This document shows, one piece after another, positions 51,909 to 61,751 of a stretch of DNA of 64,000 nucleotides; position 1 is the stretch's first letter; each line of letters begins with the position of its first letter. The translations under genes and the position numbers were made by a program. The DNA lies in assembly GCF_000143415.4 (NCBI RefSeq), contig NW_003314283.1, forward strand, positions 1,788,330-1,852,329. Direction: 5' to 3'. The notes under the pieces are model-generated. The model was not told where the DNA came from. It saw nothing but the letters and a program-made list of their open reading frames with translations, and did no database searches. The stretch is from Selaginella moellendorffii. Lineage: Eukaryota; Plantae; Lycopodiophyta.

Positions 51909-53354
51909 TCGGGTACAAAGCCCTCTCTAAACCCTAAACCCTCTCTATTGAAATGTGTTTATGGTCCTAGGGGCATTGTGACATATCAAAGGATTTTGCA
52001 TCAAGTTCTGTATTTGCATGTTTATCAAGCTACTGAATTGCTAAACCCTAAACCCTAAACATGTGGCAAATGCTGCGTGAAGAAAGATGCCCTTTCTGGG
52101 CAAATGCTGTAAGAGGCAGATGCCGAGCAGATGTATCTCAGGCTAGCGAAGGGGACAAACGAAAGCTAGCTATAAACATGACGGGATGCAAATAGATTAC
52201 TAGGCTGGTCTTACGAAAATCAAAAACCATAATTGAAAACATTGAAAATGCAAAAAGAAAGGTTTATAATATTTTTGAATTTTAAGCAACCAAAGGAATG
52301 TAAGTAGGGCATGTGTTTGTAAGTTTAAAAATGCCTCAACCACTTAAATTCCCAAGTAAATAAAGCTGTTTCTATTTTTGGTACAGGTAAACTTTATAGT
52401 GTGTGGGCTCATGCAATTTTGAACCCAAAAATGCACCAAAAAATGCTCGACTAGCATTATTCTTTGAATGGCGTGTGGCCTTATATTGCCATAAATGGAC
52501 ATACACACACAGCATAATTATTCCTTTACACGGCGAATAATCTTGGCGCGGATCACTGACATGGCATGGCAAAGTTCGAATCACTGACATGGCACAGCTG
52601 GATCGAGGCAAGGACATGATGTGACAAAGTTCAACCTCCGACAGCAAAGTCTAGAAGCTACTCAGTTTGAAATTTGTCAGAGGAATCATAAGATCTGGTT
52701 TGTCAGAGGATTTGATGTGACGTTCAAGCGTGTGTTATTTTTGAATTCTCGAACTCATTCCTAGGTCTATCATTTTTGTGCGCCGTGTTCTTGGTTCCGC
52801 TGAGCGCAGTGAGCGCTGCTTGTGTAAGCGGCGTTGTGGGCTGTGGTTTATGCGTCTACGAGCGGTTGCGGCATTGCGAGCGCCATTGCGAGCGGCAGTT
52901 TATGCGACTGGCAATTTGTGCGAGCGGCGCTACGAGCAGTTGCGGTGTTGCGAGCGGCGCTACGAGTAGTTGCGGTGTTGCGAGCGGCACTGTCTTTGGT
53001 GTGGCTACCGCTTCCTCTTGATATTCGGCACTTGTGCTTCCTGGTATGTTCACCATGGAATGGCTTAGGACCACATTTAGAAATGGCATGAGGCCACATG
53101 CCATCTTGGGCCCTTGCAATTTCATGGCTAGCGTATTGTCATGTATGTTTTTACTTGCCTGCAGCTGTGTGTATATCAAGATGGCATGAGGCCTCATGCC
53201 AATTTTGTGAATGCAAAATTTCACGTAGGTGTCAATAGCATGTTTGAATAATGGCATGTGGCCTCATGCTATTGAGGTTGTTTGGTATGTTATGATTTAG
53301 GCCATTCTCCAATCATTTTTTGTATGGTCTTAACTTCTTTTCTGCACTTTCAGA

Positions 53355-56300
53355 ATGGCCTTCAGGGTTGGGGAAAAGGTTTACATTTTGAATGGTGGGA
53401 AGAGAGTTGCAAAAGGGACCCTTGTGTCTATGGATCGGAACTTTGTTATACACTGTCAAAGGCTTGGGGAAGGCAATGCTACTGTATCAGTAGAGACTGT
53501 CTTCGATGGGAATGTGGTCGCTATTGAACGAGGAGAGATGGTCGTCGGGGTAAATGTTGTTATTGCCTTGAAAAATGTTCAGAAGAAAGCAGATGTTGGG
53601 GACAGCGCAAGTGCGACGCATGTTCCCTCCGTGGATCTTAAGAACCGTGCTACATGGATTCAGGCAAAGGTGTTTCTAAACAACCCCGAGGGGGAGGTGG
53701 TAGCTGAGGGCTTAGCCACAGTTGTCGATCCAAGAGATGCGGTTGCTAATCAAGAATTGGGCTGGGATGATATTGGAGTTGCGATTTTAGAGGTTGTTGA
53801 CACAGAAGAAAACAGTCTGACTATTGGAAGCATTGTGCGGTGGAAATTGAGGCACTTAGTGTTTGAGAATGTGAAGGATTCACAATCAAACACCACTACA
53901 ATTGATGACAGAACATCTCTTCATGGGAAAAGAAAGTACACCTTCCTAAAGCGCAGCCAAAGGGATCTGAGCAACGAACCGAAAAGGCAGAAAATGGCGA
54001 TGGAGGTTCGAATGGTCTCGACAGTTGCTTGTTGCAAGAGGAGGTGCTGTCAACATGCTAATTGGGATGCTATTGAAGAGGAGAGAGCAAGATACAAGAT
54101 ATTGTCCTGGAAGGCAGCTCGCAATTTTGTGTATGAGGCATTACGGTCATCTGTTGATGCTTCAGAACATCAGGTGGGGGGCATGGTCTTCCAGAGGGGT
54201 TTGGTCTGCATGAAGGCATGGAGAATAATTTATGGAGTCCCTCGAACCACATTCTACAGAATCAAAACTGAGTTCGAGGAACAAAGGGTTCAACAGGCAG
54301 TCCATGGGAACGACGGTACGCACAAAACCAGAGGTCATGTTGTATATGGAGAGGCAATCTTCAAGAGGTTTGTCGAGACATGTAGCGAGCAGCAACCACA
54401 TAAAACCCGCCTCTTGGAAGATGGAACACGAGACACCCAACGAGTTCTCCCTTCCATGTATACCAAGGGGGCCATATTGGAAGATGTGAATCGGGAACTC
54501 CAGAGTAATGGCTACAGGAAGCTGAGCCAATCTAGATTTAGTAGATTGTGGAGCAACAGGTTCAGAGATGTGAGTATAGGAAAGTACTCCAGCTTTTCAA
54601 AGTGTGACGAGTGCACTGCTATCAAAATGGCTTTGTCGAAGAATTCTTGCAGTGCTCAAGAGCGAGAGACGTTGGTTAGAAGGCGGCTCGACCACAACAT
54701 CGAGCAGAGAAGCTGCAGGACTGCATATTATCATAACAGGATTCTCTCCATGGAGAGACTTGACTCTTACCTCTGCATCATCCACGACAAAATGGACCAG
54801 AAAAAGACGTGCTTACCTCGACTTAATCCTGCCCCGAAGGCAATCTCTTCATCCATGCAGCTGCCTGTGTCTCTATTTGGCATAATCGCTCATGGGCATA
54901 GTGCCCAGAACTATGGGAACTTCTTTGTACCTCTATGGGGTGGCGGGGGTGCAAACATGATGATTGCATCCCTAGCAAAACACTTAAAGTCTCTGCAAAG
55001 TGCGCAGACTGAGCTGAACGGCCAACCCTTGCATAAGGCCCTTGTCGATCGAACCCCATACAGGGTTCAGCTGGAGGAGGAGCAAAGGCTTGCAGTATCG
55101 CGTGGGGCCCCATGCCATCCCAGTGAATATGTTGACCGTCAGATTGTAGGGTTATCACGTGAGGCCTCATGCCATTCCGACGAGGCTGGTTGCCCGGTGA
55201 ATGCACAGCCTCATACAAACGAAGCAGAATCTCAAGGAAGTTCTTGCGGCCAATGTGGCCTTCCACCCCATCTTCTGCTCCAAACAGACAATGCTGGCAG
55301 TGAGAACAAAAACATGTACGTCTTCGCGTACTTGGCGATGCTTGTTGCCAAAGGCATATTTGAAACGGTTACACTTGGCTTTCTCATGGTTGGGCACACT
55401 CATGAAGATGTCGATGCCATGTTCAGTCACCTGGCAGAGTCCCTCCGGCGATCCAATGTCCTCACCCTCCCACAACTCTACGATGAATTCCAAAATTGCA
55501 TCAAAGGCACTGTTGAAGCTGCACTTCTGACAGAGGTTCCAGACTTTAAGGGGTTTGTAAGAGGCTACATCAGGGACGGATCCGAAACGCTGATTGGCCA
55601 CTCCAAGCCTCTTCAGTTTCATTTCAGCATGTGTGACGGTGCTCCAGTGATGAGGTACAAGATGAGAGAATGGGAAACAGTGTGGCTGCCAGTGGACGGC
55701 ATTGAACTCTTCAAGAGAGATCCCATAACTGGGGAACCTATGATTCCTCAGGGTTCCCCACGGCCGATGCACCCGGATGGACTCAAAGACCAGGAAAGTA
55801 TAGTGGCCAGGATTAGACAGCATATTGCCTTCTGGAAGAGGGGGTTGGTGTTTGGTGGAGAATCCTATTTTCAGAGGTGCAAGCCTTTGCTCGAATACTG
55901 TTTGAAGATTATATCTGCTATCCAAAATGGGCCGGTTGTATATGAAGAATTGGAAGAGTCCTTTTGGTCAGAACCTAGAGCACTAGATAGTAGCGGAACA
56001 ATGTCCTCTGGAAATGCAGTGACAGATAACGATGTTGAGGATCACTATTGTGGGCCGAGGAACAAGAAGCCGGATTCAGCATTCAATCCAGTACAGGTCT
56101 GCAAAGGAATGGTCGTGCTTGTCAGACCCAGTAATAAAAAACAAATGATATGGGTGGGGCGCTGCATCACTGATGCAGAGGAGGACGCGGAAACTAACTC
56201 CTTCAATGTAACTGTGGAGTGGTTCAAGCCAAGTTCCGGATATACGAACGATTGCCTAGAAAATAGATGGGTGCTGAATCTAAGGGATCCCAGCATGAGC

Positions 56301-56423
56301 ATATCGGTGGATAATGTTGTGCATGGTTGGATGCGGAAGCAGAGTGCCACCATCACCTTGCTAGACCATGCAAGAGATGTAGCAAGAGCATTCATAACCC
56401 GGGTTCAAAGTGAGATTCATTAA
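53355..56423 (+). CDS. Sola-like DDD transposase, intact 1022-aa ORF
   Basis: CDEC zinc motif; catalytic-like IIHDKMD, LQTDNAGSENKN and FLMVGHTHEDVDAMFS. Lies inside a TIR element with 4-bp TSDs, as Sola elements make. Two N-terminal VAxG...LG...V.V repeats resemble the En/Spm TNP1-like domain. Confidence 0.85.
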   Translation: MAFRVGEKVYILNGGKRVAKGTLVSMDRNFVIHCQRLGEGNATVSVETVFDGNVVAIERGEMVVGVNVVIALKNVQKKADVGDSASATHVPSVDLKNRATWIQAKVFLNNPEGEVVAEGLATVVDPRDAVANQELGWDDIGVAILEVVDTEENSLTIGSIVRWKLRHLVFENVKDSQSNTTTIDDRTSLHGKRKYTFLKRSQRDLSNEPKRQKMAMEVRMVSTVACCKRRCCQHANWDAIEEERARYKILSWKAARNFVYEALRSSVDASEHQVGGMVFQRGLVCMKAWRIIYGVPRTTFYRIKTEFEEQRVQQAVHGNDGTHKTRGHVVYGEAIFKRFVETCSEQQPHKTRLLEDGTRDTQRVLPSMYTKGAILEDVNRELQSNGYRKLSQSRFSRLWSNRFRDVSIGKYSSFSKCDECTAIKMALSKNSCSAQERETLVRRRLDHNIEQRSCRTAYYHNRILSMERLDSYLCIIHDKMDQKKTCLPRLNPAPKAISSSMQLPVSLFGIIAHGHSAQNYGNFFVPLWGGGGANMMIASLAKHLKSLQSAQTELNGQPLHKALVDRTPYRVQLEEEQRLAVSRGAPCHPSEYVDRQIVGLSREASCHSDEAGCPVNAQPHTNEAESQGSSCGQCGLPPHLLLQTDNAGSENKNMYVFAYLAMLVAKGIFETVTLGFLMVGHTHEDVDAMFSHLAESLRRSNVLTLPQLYDEFQNCIKGTVEAALLTEVPDFKGFVRGYIRDGSETLIGHSKPLQFHFSMCDGAPVMRYKMREWETVWLPVDGIELFKRDPITGEPMIPQGSPRPMHPDGLKDQESIVARIRQHIAFWKRGLVFGGESYFQRCKPLLEYCLKIISAIQNGPVVYEELEESFWSEPRALDSSGTMSSGNAVTDNDVEDHYCGPRNKKPDSAFNPVQVCKGMVVLVRPSNKKQMIWVGRCITDAEEDAETNSFNVTVEWFKPSSGYTNDCLENRWVLNLRDPSMSISVDNVVHGWMRKQSATITLLDHARDVARAFITRVQSEIH

Positions 56424-58008
56424 TATTCCTTTACTAAGTTTCTAATGTATTTTATTTCAAGGTGAACAATCCGAATCTGAATCAGAGGAGGTGTGATGGC
56501 ATGTGGCCTTACGCCATTCCTAGGTGAGATGATACAAATAACAAGTATAAATTCTTAGTTGTTCTAGCAAATCTTACTTAAAGTTCAAGGTGAACAAGCC
56601 GAATATGAATTCATCGGATTGTTATAACAAATTGCGAGGTGATGGCATGAGGCGATACGCCATTTGAGAGTGGTAGCCATTCCTATATGAGGTGAGTGAA
56701 GTATTTATTAGAAATACCTCATTCAATTGTGCACTTCTAAGTCTTGGTCCACTTAGTACTGTTTGCATGTTTTTATTTTAATTCTTTCTCTAAAATGTTA
56801 TTTAGCATGTGGCTTCATGCCATTGCTCTCCACAATCATGCATTGAATTTTTCTATACTTCTCCATATATATAGCATGTGCGCACATGTGATATGGTGAT
56901 GTGACATATGCATTTACCAATCACACGTGCATAAATCTAATAATATGGCGTGTGGCCCATATTAATGGCACATAAACCCATATTGTGGGCTTACGTGCTT
57001 TATGTACCATCATTCCCTTGCAGCGTGTGTGTTGGTTTCCTTTTATAACACAATGAACTCCATATTTTAGGGTGAAGAGCGTTCTTATGGCAAGCACAAA
57101 ATCTGTAAGTGAGGCAGAAAAGGAGACGGAGAAGGAGATAGGTGAAGATGTAGAATATATAAGTCTTCCAAACTCCCCGTACTATACTCTAGGTGATCAT
57201 TTTTCTGAACAAACGGCAACATTAACAACTATCGAGAATGCCCCAGTAACGTCAGAGACAACAATCCAAAGCAAAACAACTGACCCGGAGAAGGATGATA
57301 GTACCGCTGAGAGTACCAAAAAGGAGGTGTCCACTAGCGCTTAGGCTTATAATGGCGTGTGCCCTCATGCCATTTACTTGATCACCAAATACCTTTTTCC
57401 CTTTGCACTAGTATATCTTAATACCGGTCTGAGAAATAGAATGGCATGTGCCCTCAGGCCTTTTACTAAATCACCTTTGAAAGAAATGCAAGCCTCTATG
57501 TCGTAAAAAAAAGGTACTAGAGAAATTCCTTAATAATATGAATGTTATTTAGTTTCATGAAAATACACTAAGGGTCAAATGAGTTAAATGACTTCTCCAG
57601 ACTAGCAATGCCTCTTGCTACACCTTCACAATTAGATTCGTTAGAAAAAGATAACATTGAATAATATCTAAATGTTCTCACCATTAAGTTATATGTCTGG
57701 CTAATAGGAATGACGTTCATCTTGGAAAGCTCACCACACGCTCAATGAACAAACAAATAGTGTGTGCGCGCATGCCATCGCTCTTCTTTAGCTTCAGATT
57801 CGGCTTGTTCACCTTGACAATGAGATTTATTATACAACCAGATGGACTCAGTCTGGACATAAAGTCACCGCACTAGTCACCATGCCCCAGATATGTCTAG
57901 CCCCTGGACAAAAAACATATAATTTCACGTCATTTTCAAATACTTGAAAATTTGTACCTAGTCCCATTTTACTGAATAAATCCCACTTTAACGAAATAGA
58001 GCATGTGT

Positions 58009-58940
58009 TGATTGTTCGAAGTCACTTAGCCAACGAACAAGCTCCCATGAATACACTTATAGGGACATTTTCTCTTTAGCTCCAAAATCTCATCCAATGC
58101 AGATTGAAGCTTTCCATCCCGCCCTTCTCAGTTCTTTATTCTACAAAAAAAAGAGTGTTATTAGTGATAAAATAGAGTTAAATATTAATTTTGTACCTGT
58201 TTAAATTTTATACCTGTCTATATTTTGAAATAGGTCCTTCAAGCTATTCTCTATGAACTCTTTTTTGCTATCAAATTGTAGCAACATGTCCACCATGTAG
58301 TCCTTTAGTACAGACTATTGAACACACTTTAGAGTTGCAACACTTTTCTTTCTAACCTCTGTAGTAATAGTAGCCTTCAAATTGAGAAAAGAATCATGGC
58401 AGATTCCTTCCTCTATTGCGTGTTAGTGGTATCTAACATGCATTGTTGCTCTGCCTAAACATCCATCCCGTAGAAGATGCGTCTCCATACCCCTTTTCCT
58501 ACTTGATAAACTTGCCGGTGAAAACTCGAAAAATATATTCCCATTATAGGAAGAAAGAAGCTCCTCACCTCTCATATACTGGAACTCCTTCAATTCTAGC
58601 TGTAATGAATGAAATTGCCAAAATGCTTTATCCACTGCTTCAAAAATTGGTCCAAAAGGAATGCACTTACTTGTCTGGGAAGCTATATCAGGAAGCTCAT
58701 CTTCTTCATTTTCGTCCCTTGAGAGAATAACAACTTCATCCTTCACTCCTTGTATAGTTGGCTGTGAAACTGATATGCTCTCCTCTCTTTGCTTTAGAGA
58801 TCCTATAAATAGAATCTCTTGACCTATACATCTATTAAGATCCCATTGAATCCTATTCTCTCCCACACCACTGTTGAGAGGCTCTTGATCGAACTTCAAA
58901 TAGAATTCTCTCATATCTTCTCCTTGCTTGAGCACTTAGA
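58009..58940 (-). pseudogene. 5' part of the M2 MULE-like transposase
   Basis: Continues the sequence cut at 45480. LSSYNGNIFFEF matches the M1 region at ~36400-36450. Confidence 0.6.
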
Positions 58941-59479
58941 AAAAATTTGGGGAGAAACTGACAAGAAAGAACAAAGATATTCTTTTGTATTGTGAGCATT
59001 AATTAGCTGTGTCCTTGCAAAGGACAAGTTAATTATTTTAACAAAATATACAACCGTTTAGAATCTAGAGAGATATGAGAATCTTAAAGAGCCACGCATA
59101 TTAATTGTATAATTGATTGTGAGAGGAATAATATTGTTGAAATGAATGTGGTTATAAGCGAGAAATGCCAGTTAGTCACAAAAGTTGTAGCATTGATTGC
59201 TTGTTCTCCTTCTCATTTCCATGCTCTCTTCCTTTTAAGAGAGTTTCATCCTTTTGTGACAAATGAGAGAGACTCAAGCTCGGAAAGGTTGGTTCGCGCA
59301 CATTGTAGTTTTCAATCTATTTTTCACATCTTTTACTTACAAAGTTTTCTTGTGAGAGCAGATATAAATCAAGCTTGACTACCTAAACCTTCCAACAAGG
59401 GACTTGAACTTAAAATGCCACCGGTTTGCTTTACATTACAAGTTAGATGTTATAATATTTTTGCTTTTTATTTTAGAGG

Positions 59480-61707
59480 AAGCGCCAAGGTTAGCCTCAA
59501 TGGTCTTGGTCTCCAGAAAAAGGCAACCACTTTGATCGCTGTGGGCTTGGCTGATTGAGTGTAGATTCATCTCAAGTATCCAATGAAGTTTCTGCTAGTC
59601 ATGCTAGAGGCAATGATGAGCATCACAATGATGTGGATGCTGAGATGGACACTCAAATCGTGTTATTGAGGCTGTTGGTACTGGTGCTCCTGAGGCTACA
59701 GCTACTGATAGTAGGGTACTTACGTTTGATGTTAGTGGTGGTGGGGGTGTTGTGCCTTCGGTTGTTGAGGCTGGTCGCAGCAAGATAGATGAACCAGTTG
59801 AGGAGGTAATTAGTAGCGTTGTAAGTGGATCTACTGTAGAGGCTATTGAGGGGATGTTCTGCTCCTACTGCTCCTCGGGCTAGTGGTGCAAGGGGAGCTA
59901 GTGGTGGTGAGGGATTATGCATGCATGATTCTGACACCATCTTGAATGATCGTGTTCGGGACACAATTATCCAAACTCAAGAATGGACAGTCAGTAAAGT
60001 GTTACAGAAAATGGCGTGGAATGGCCCTCATCAATTTCAAGTTCCTTTGTGCCAGTTGGTTCAAAGCCATTAGGTGCGCTCAGCTTACGACCTCAACATG
60101 GCAATCTATAGCTCCTTTGTCGAGGTCGGGTTTGGGAGCACAACTGGTACCTTCATCGTTTCAGCAACTTTCCTTGGAACTGGCAGGACAGAGTCAGTGA
60201 CTACTGAACTTGAGGAAAAATGGGATCTTATATAGCTGCGAAAGTCTCGTGAGTTTGATTGATTCTTAGGACAACATGTAGAGATAGCAGGGTTCATTGG
60301 AAAGCTCTTTTGGGTGATCAATGGAAACCATAGGTGGCTAGCATTTTGGAAGTGCATTCAAGAGAAGTTTTGAGATGATGAAGAACGACACATTAGTGTT
60401 CCAGTCACACTTGTCGAACCAATGACTCGGGAGTACACTATGAAGCTCAACATGGCATGCCATAAGATCAACATGTAAGAATTTATTTTTTGTAAACTTA
60501 GCCAATATCTTGTTTTTGCAGGCTAAACCAATTTGCGTTTCAAGCTTATACATTGGTACATGACATTGAACACCTTCGGTTTATCGGCATGCTCTCGCTA
60601 GAGAAGGTCCAAACGTTGTACAATCGTGAGGTCTTTGAAGCAATTCGAGTGAAGCTAGCAGCTAGGAAAGGCCAAGAATTGCAGACTTGGTATTAGCTGC
60701 CACCTTATTTTCTAGTTCCTGTTTGGGCAAAGGTAAATTAATATTGAAGTATGTATCGACTTATATAATGTTTCTTGCAGCCCATAATCAAAGGAGAAAG
60801 AGCCTCATTCTTTAAAAATGCCTGAGGGGATGAGCAGCAGAAGGAGATGGAATGGAATGCGATTGAGCAGCAAATTTTGAATACGAAGAGAACAAAGGTG
60901 AAAAAGTTGGTCTCGATTGCAAACATACGACGTGGGCAGGAATGGCTTGATAGCATTGCCAAGATTTGTTCTCGCATTCATAAGTTCTTCTAAAATTTGT
61001 GAAACATTTCATAACTCTTTGTGTGTGTAGGAACTGATAAAGCACCGGAGGAACTCATTTACAACATCTCCAAGAGTAAAATGTCCTTTGCTGAACAAAG
61101 CGTCTGCTTGGAACTTCTCAACACTTGGCTGCAAAACAACGAAAAACGTTGTGAGATAAGGATGGAGAAGGTGATGAAGGAGAAGGCATACATTTTTCAA
61201 AGTATTGCCGATGGTGAGGAGATATTACAAGTTTGGGATGAGAAGTTTCTTTCCAGCACCTGCACATGTATCACTCTCGAAGAATATATTTGTGTTTGTC
61301 TTGCAGAGCTAGGGAATGGTTGGCTTCCACGTGGTGGGACGAGTTCAGTTGAGTTCAAGAACCAACCAAGACAACCATTTCTTGCGAGGCGCATGGTTTA
61401 AAAGTATTTTCTCAATTCTCATTTATATATTGGTATTTATATTTTTGTTTTACTTTGTAGATATTTAAAATATTGCCCTAGCGCACCGGTATACACAGCC
61501 GGTGTTTTGCAGAAGCTCTTGACTAGAGGCAAGAAGCTTGGGATGTATGAGCCAGAGTTCTACTGTCCTTGTATACATGAGAGGGAGCTATGCCCATGGT
61601 ACCTTGAACTTGTGCAGCAAATGCCGACATCGAACTTCGAGCTAGATCTCTACCTTGAATGTCATCTAGGTTCACTTGAAACTCAGCACTTAGCTAGGAA
61701 ATATTAA
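59480..61707 (+). pseudogene. Decayed multi-exon gene with a ParB/Srx-like VINGNHR motif (M2 cargo)
   Basis: LFWVINGNHRWLAFWKCI at 60305-60358, in a long stop-interrupted frame homologous to the M1 cargo. Boundaries approximate. Confidence 0.55.
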
Positions 61708-61751
61708 CCTTGAGTTATATTCTTATTTTCCAGAGGCTCTTTCTAACTATG

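Larger units (their letters stand above)
45481..58004 (+). mobile_element. Large TIR DNA transposon, copy C (12,524 bp), with an intact transposase ORF
   Basis: TIRs AAGCTCTATTTCGTTAAAGTGGGA (45481-45504) and TCCCACTTTAACGAAATAGAGCAT (57981-58004). 4-bp TSD GTGT at 45477-45480 and 58005-58008. Confidence 0.97.

Noticed and set aside
45854-57373. Dyad repeats read as a CRISPR array or as bacterial REP/terminator elements
   Set aside because: Spacing is irregular, there are no constant-length unique spacers between repeats, no cas genes, no U-tails, and the context is eukaryotic with introns.
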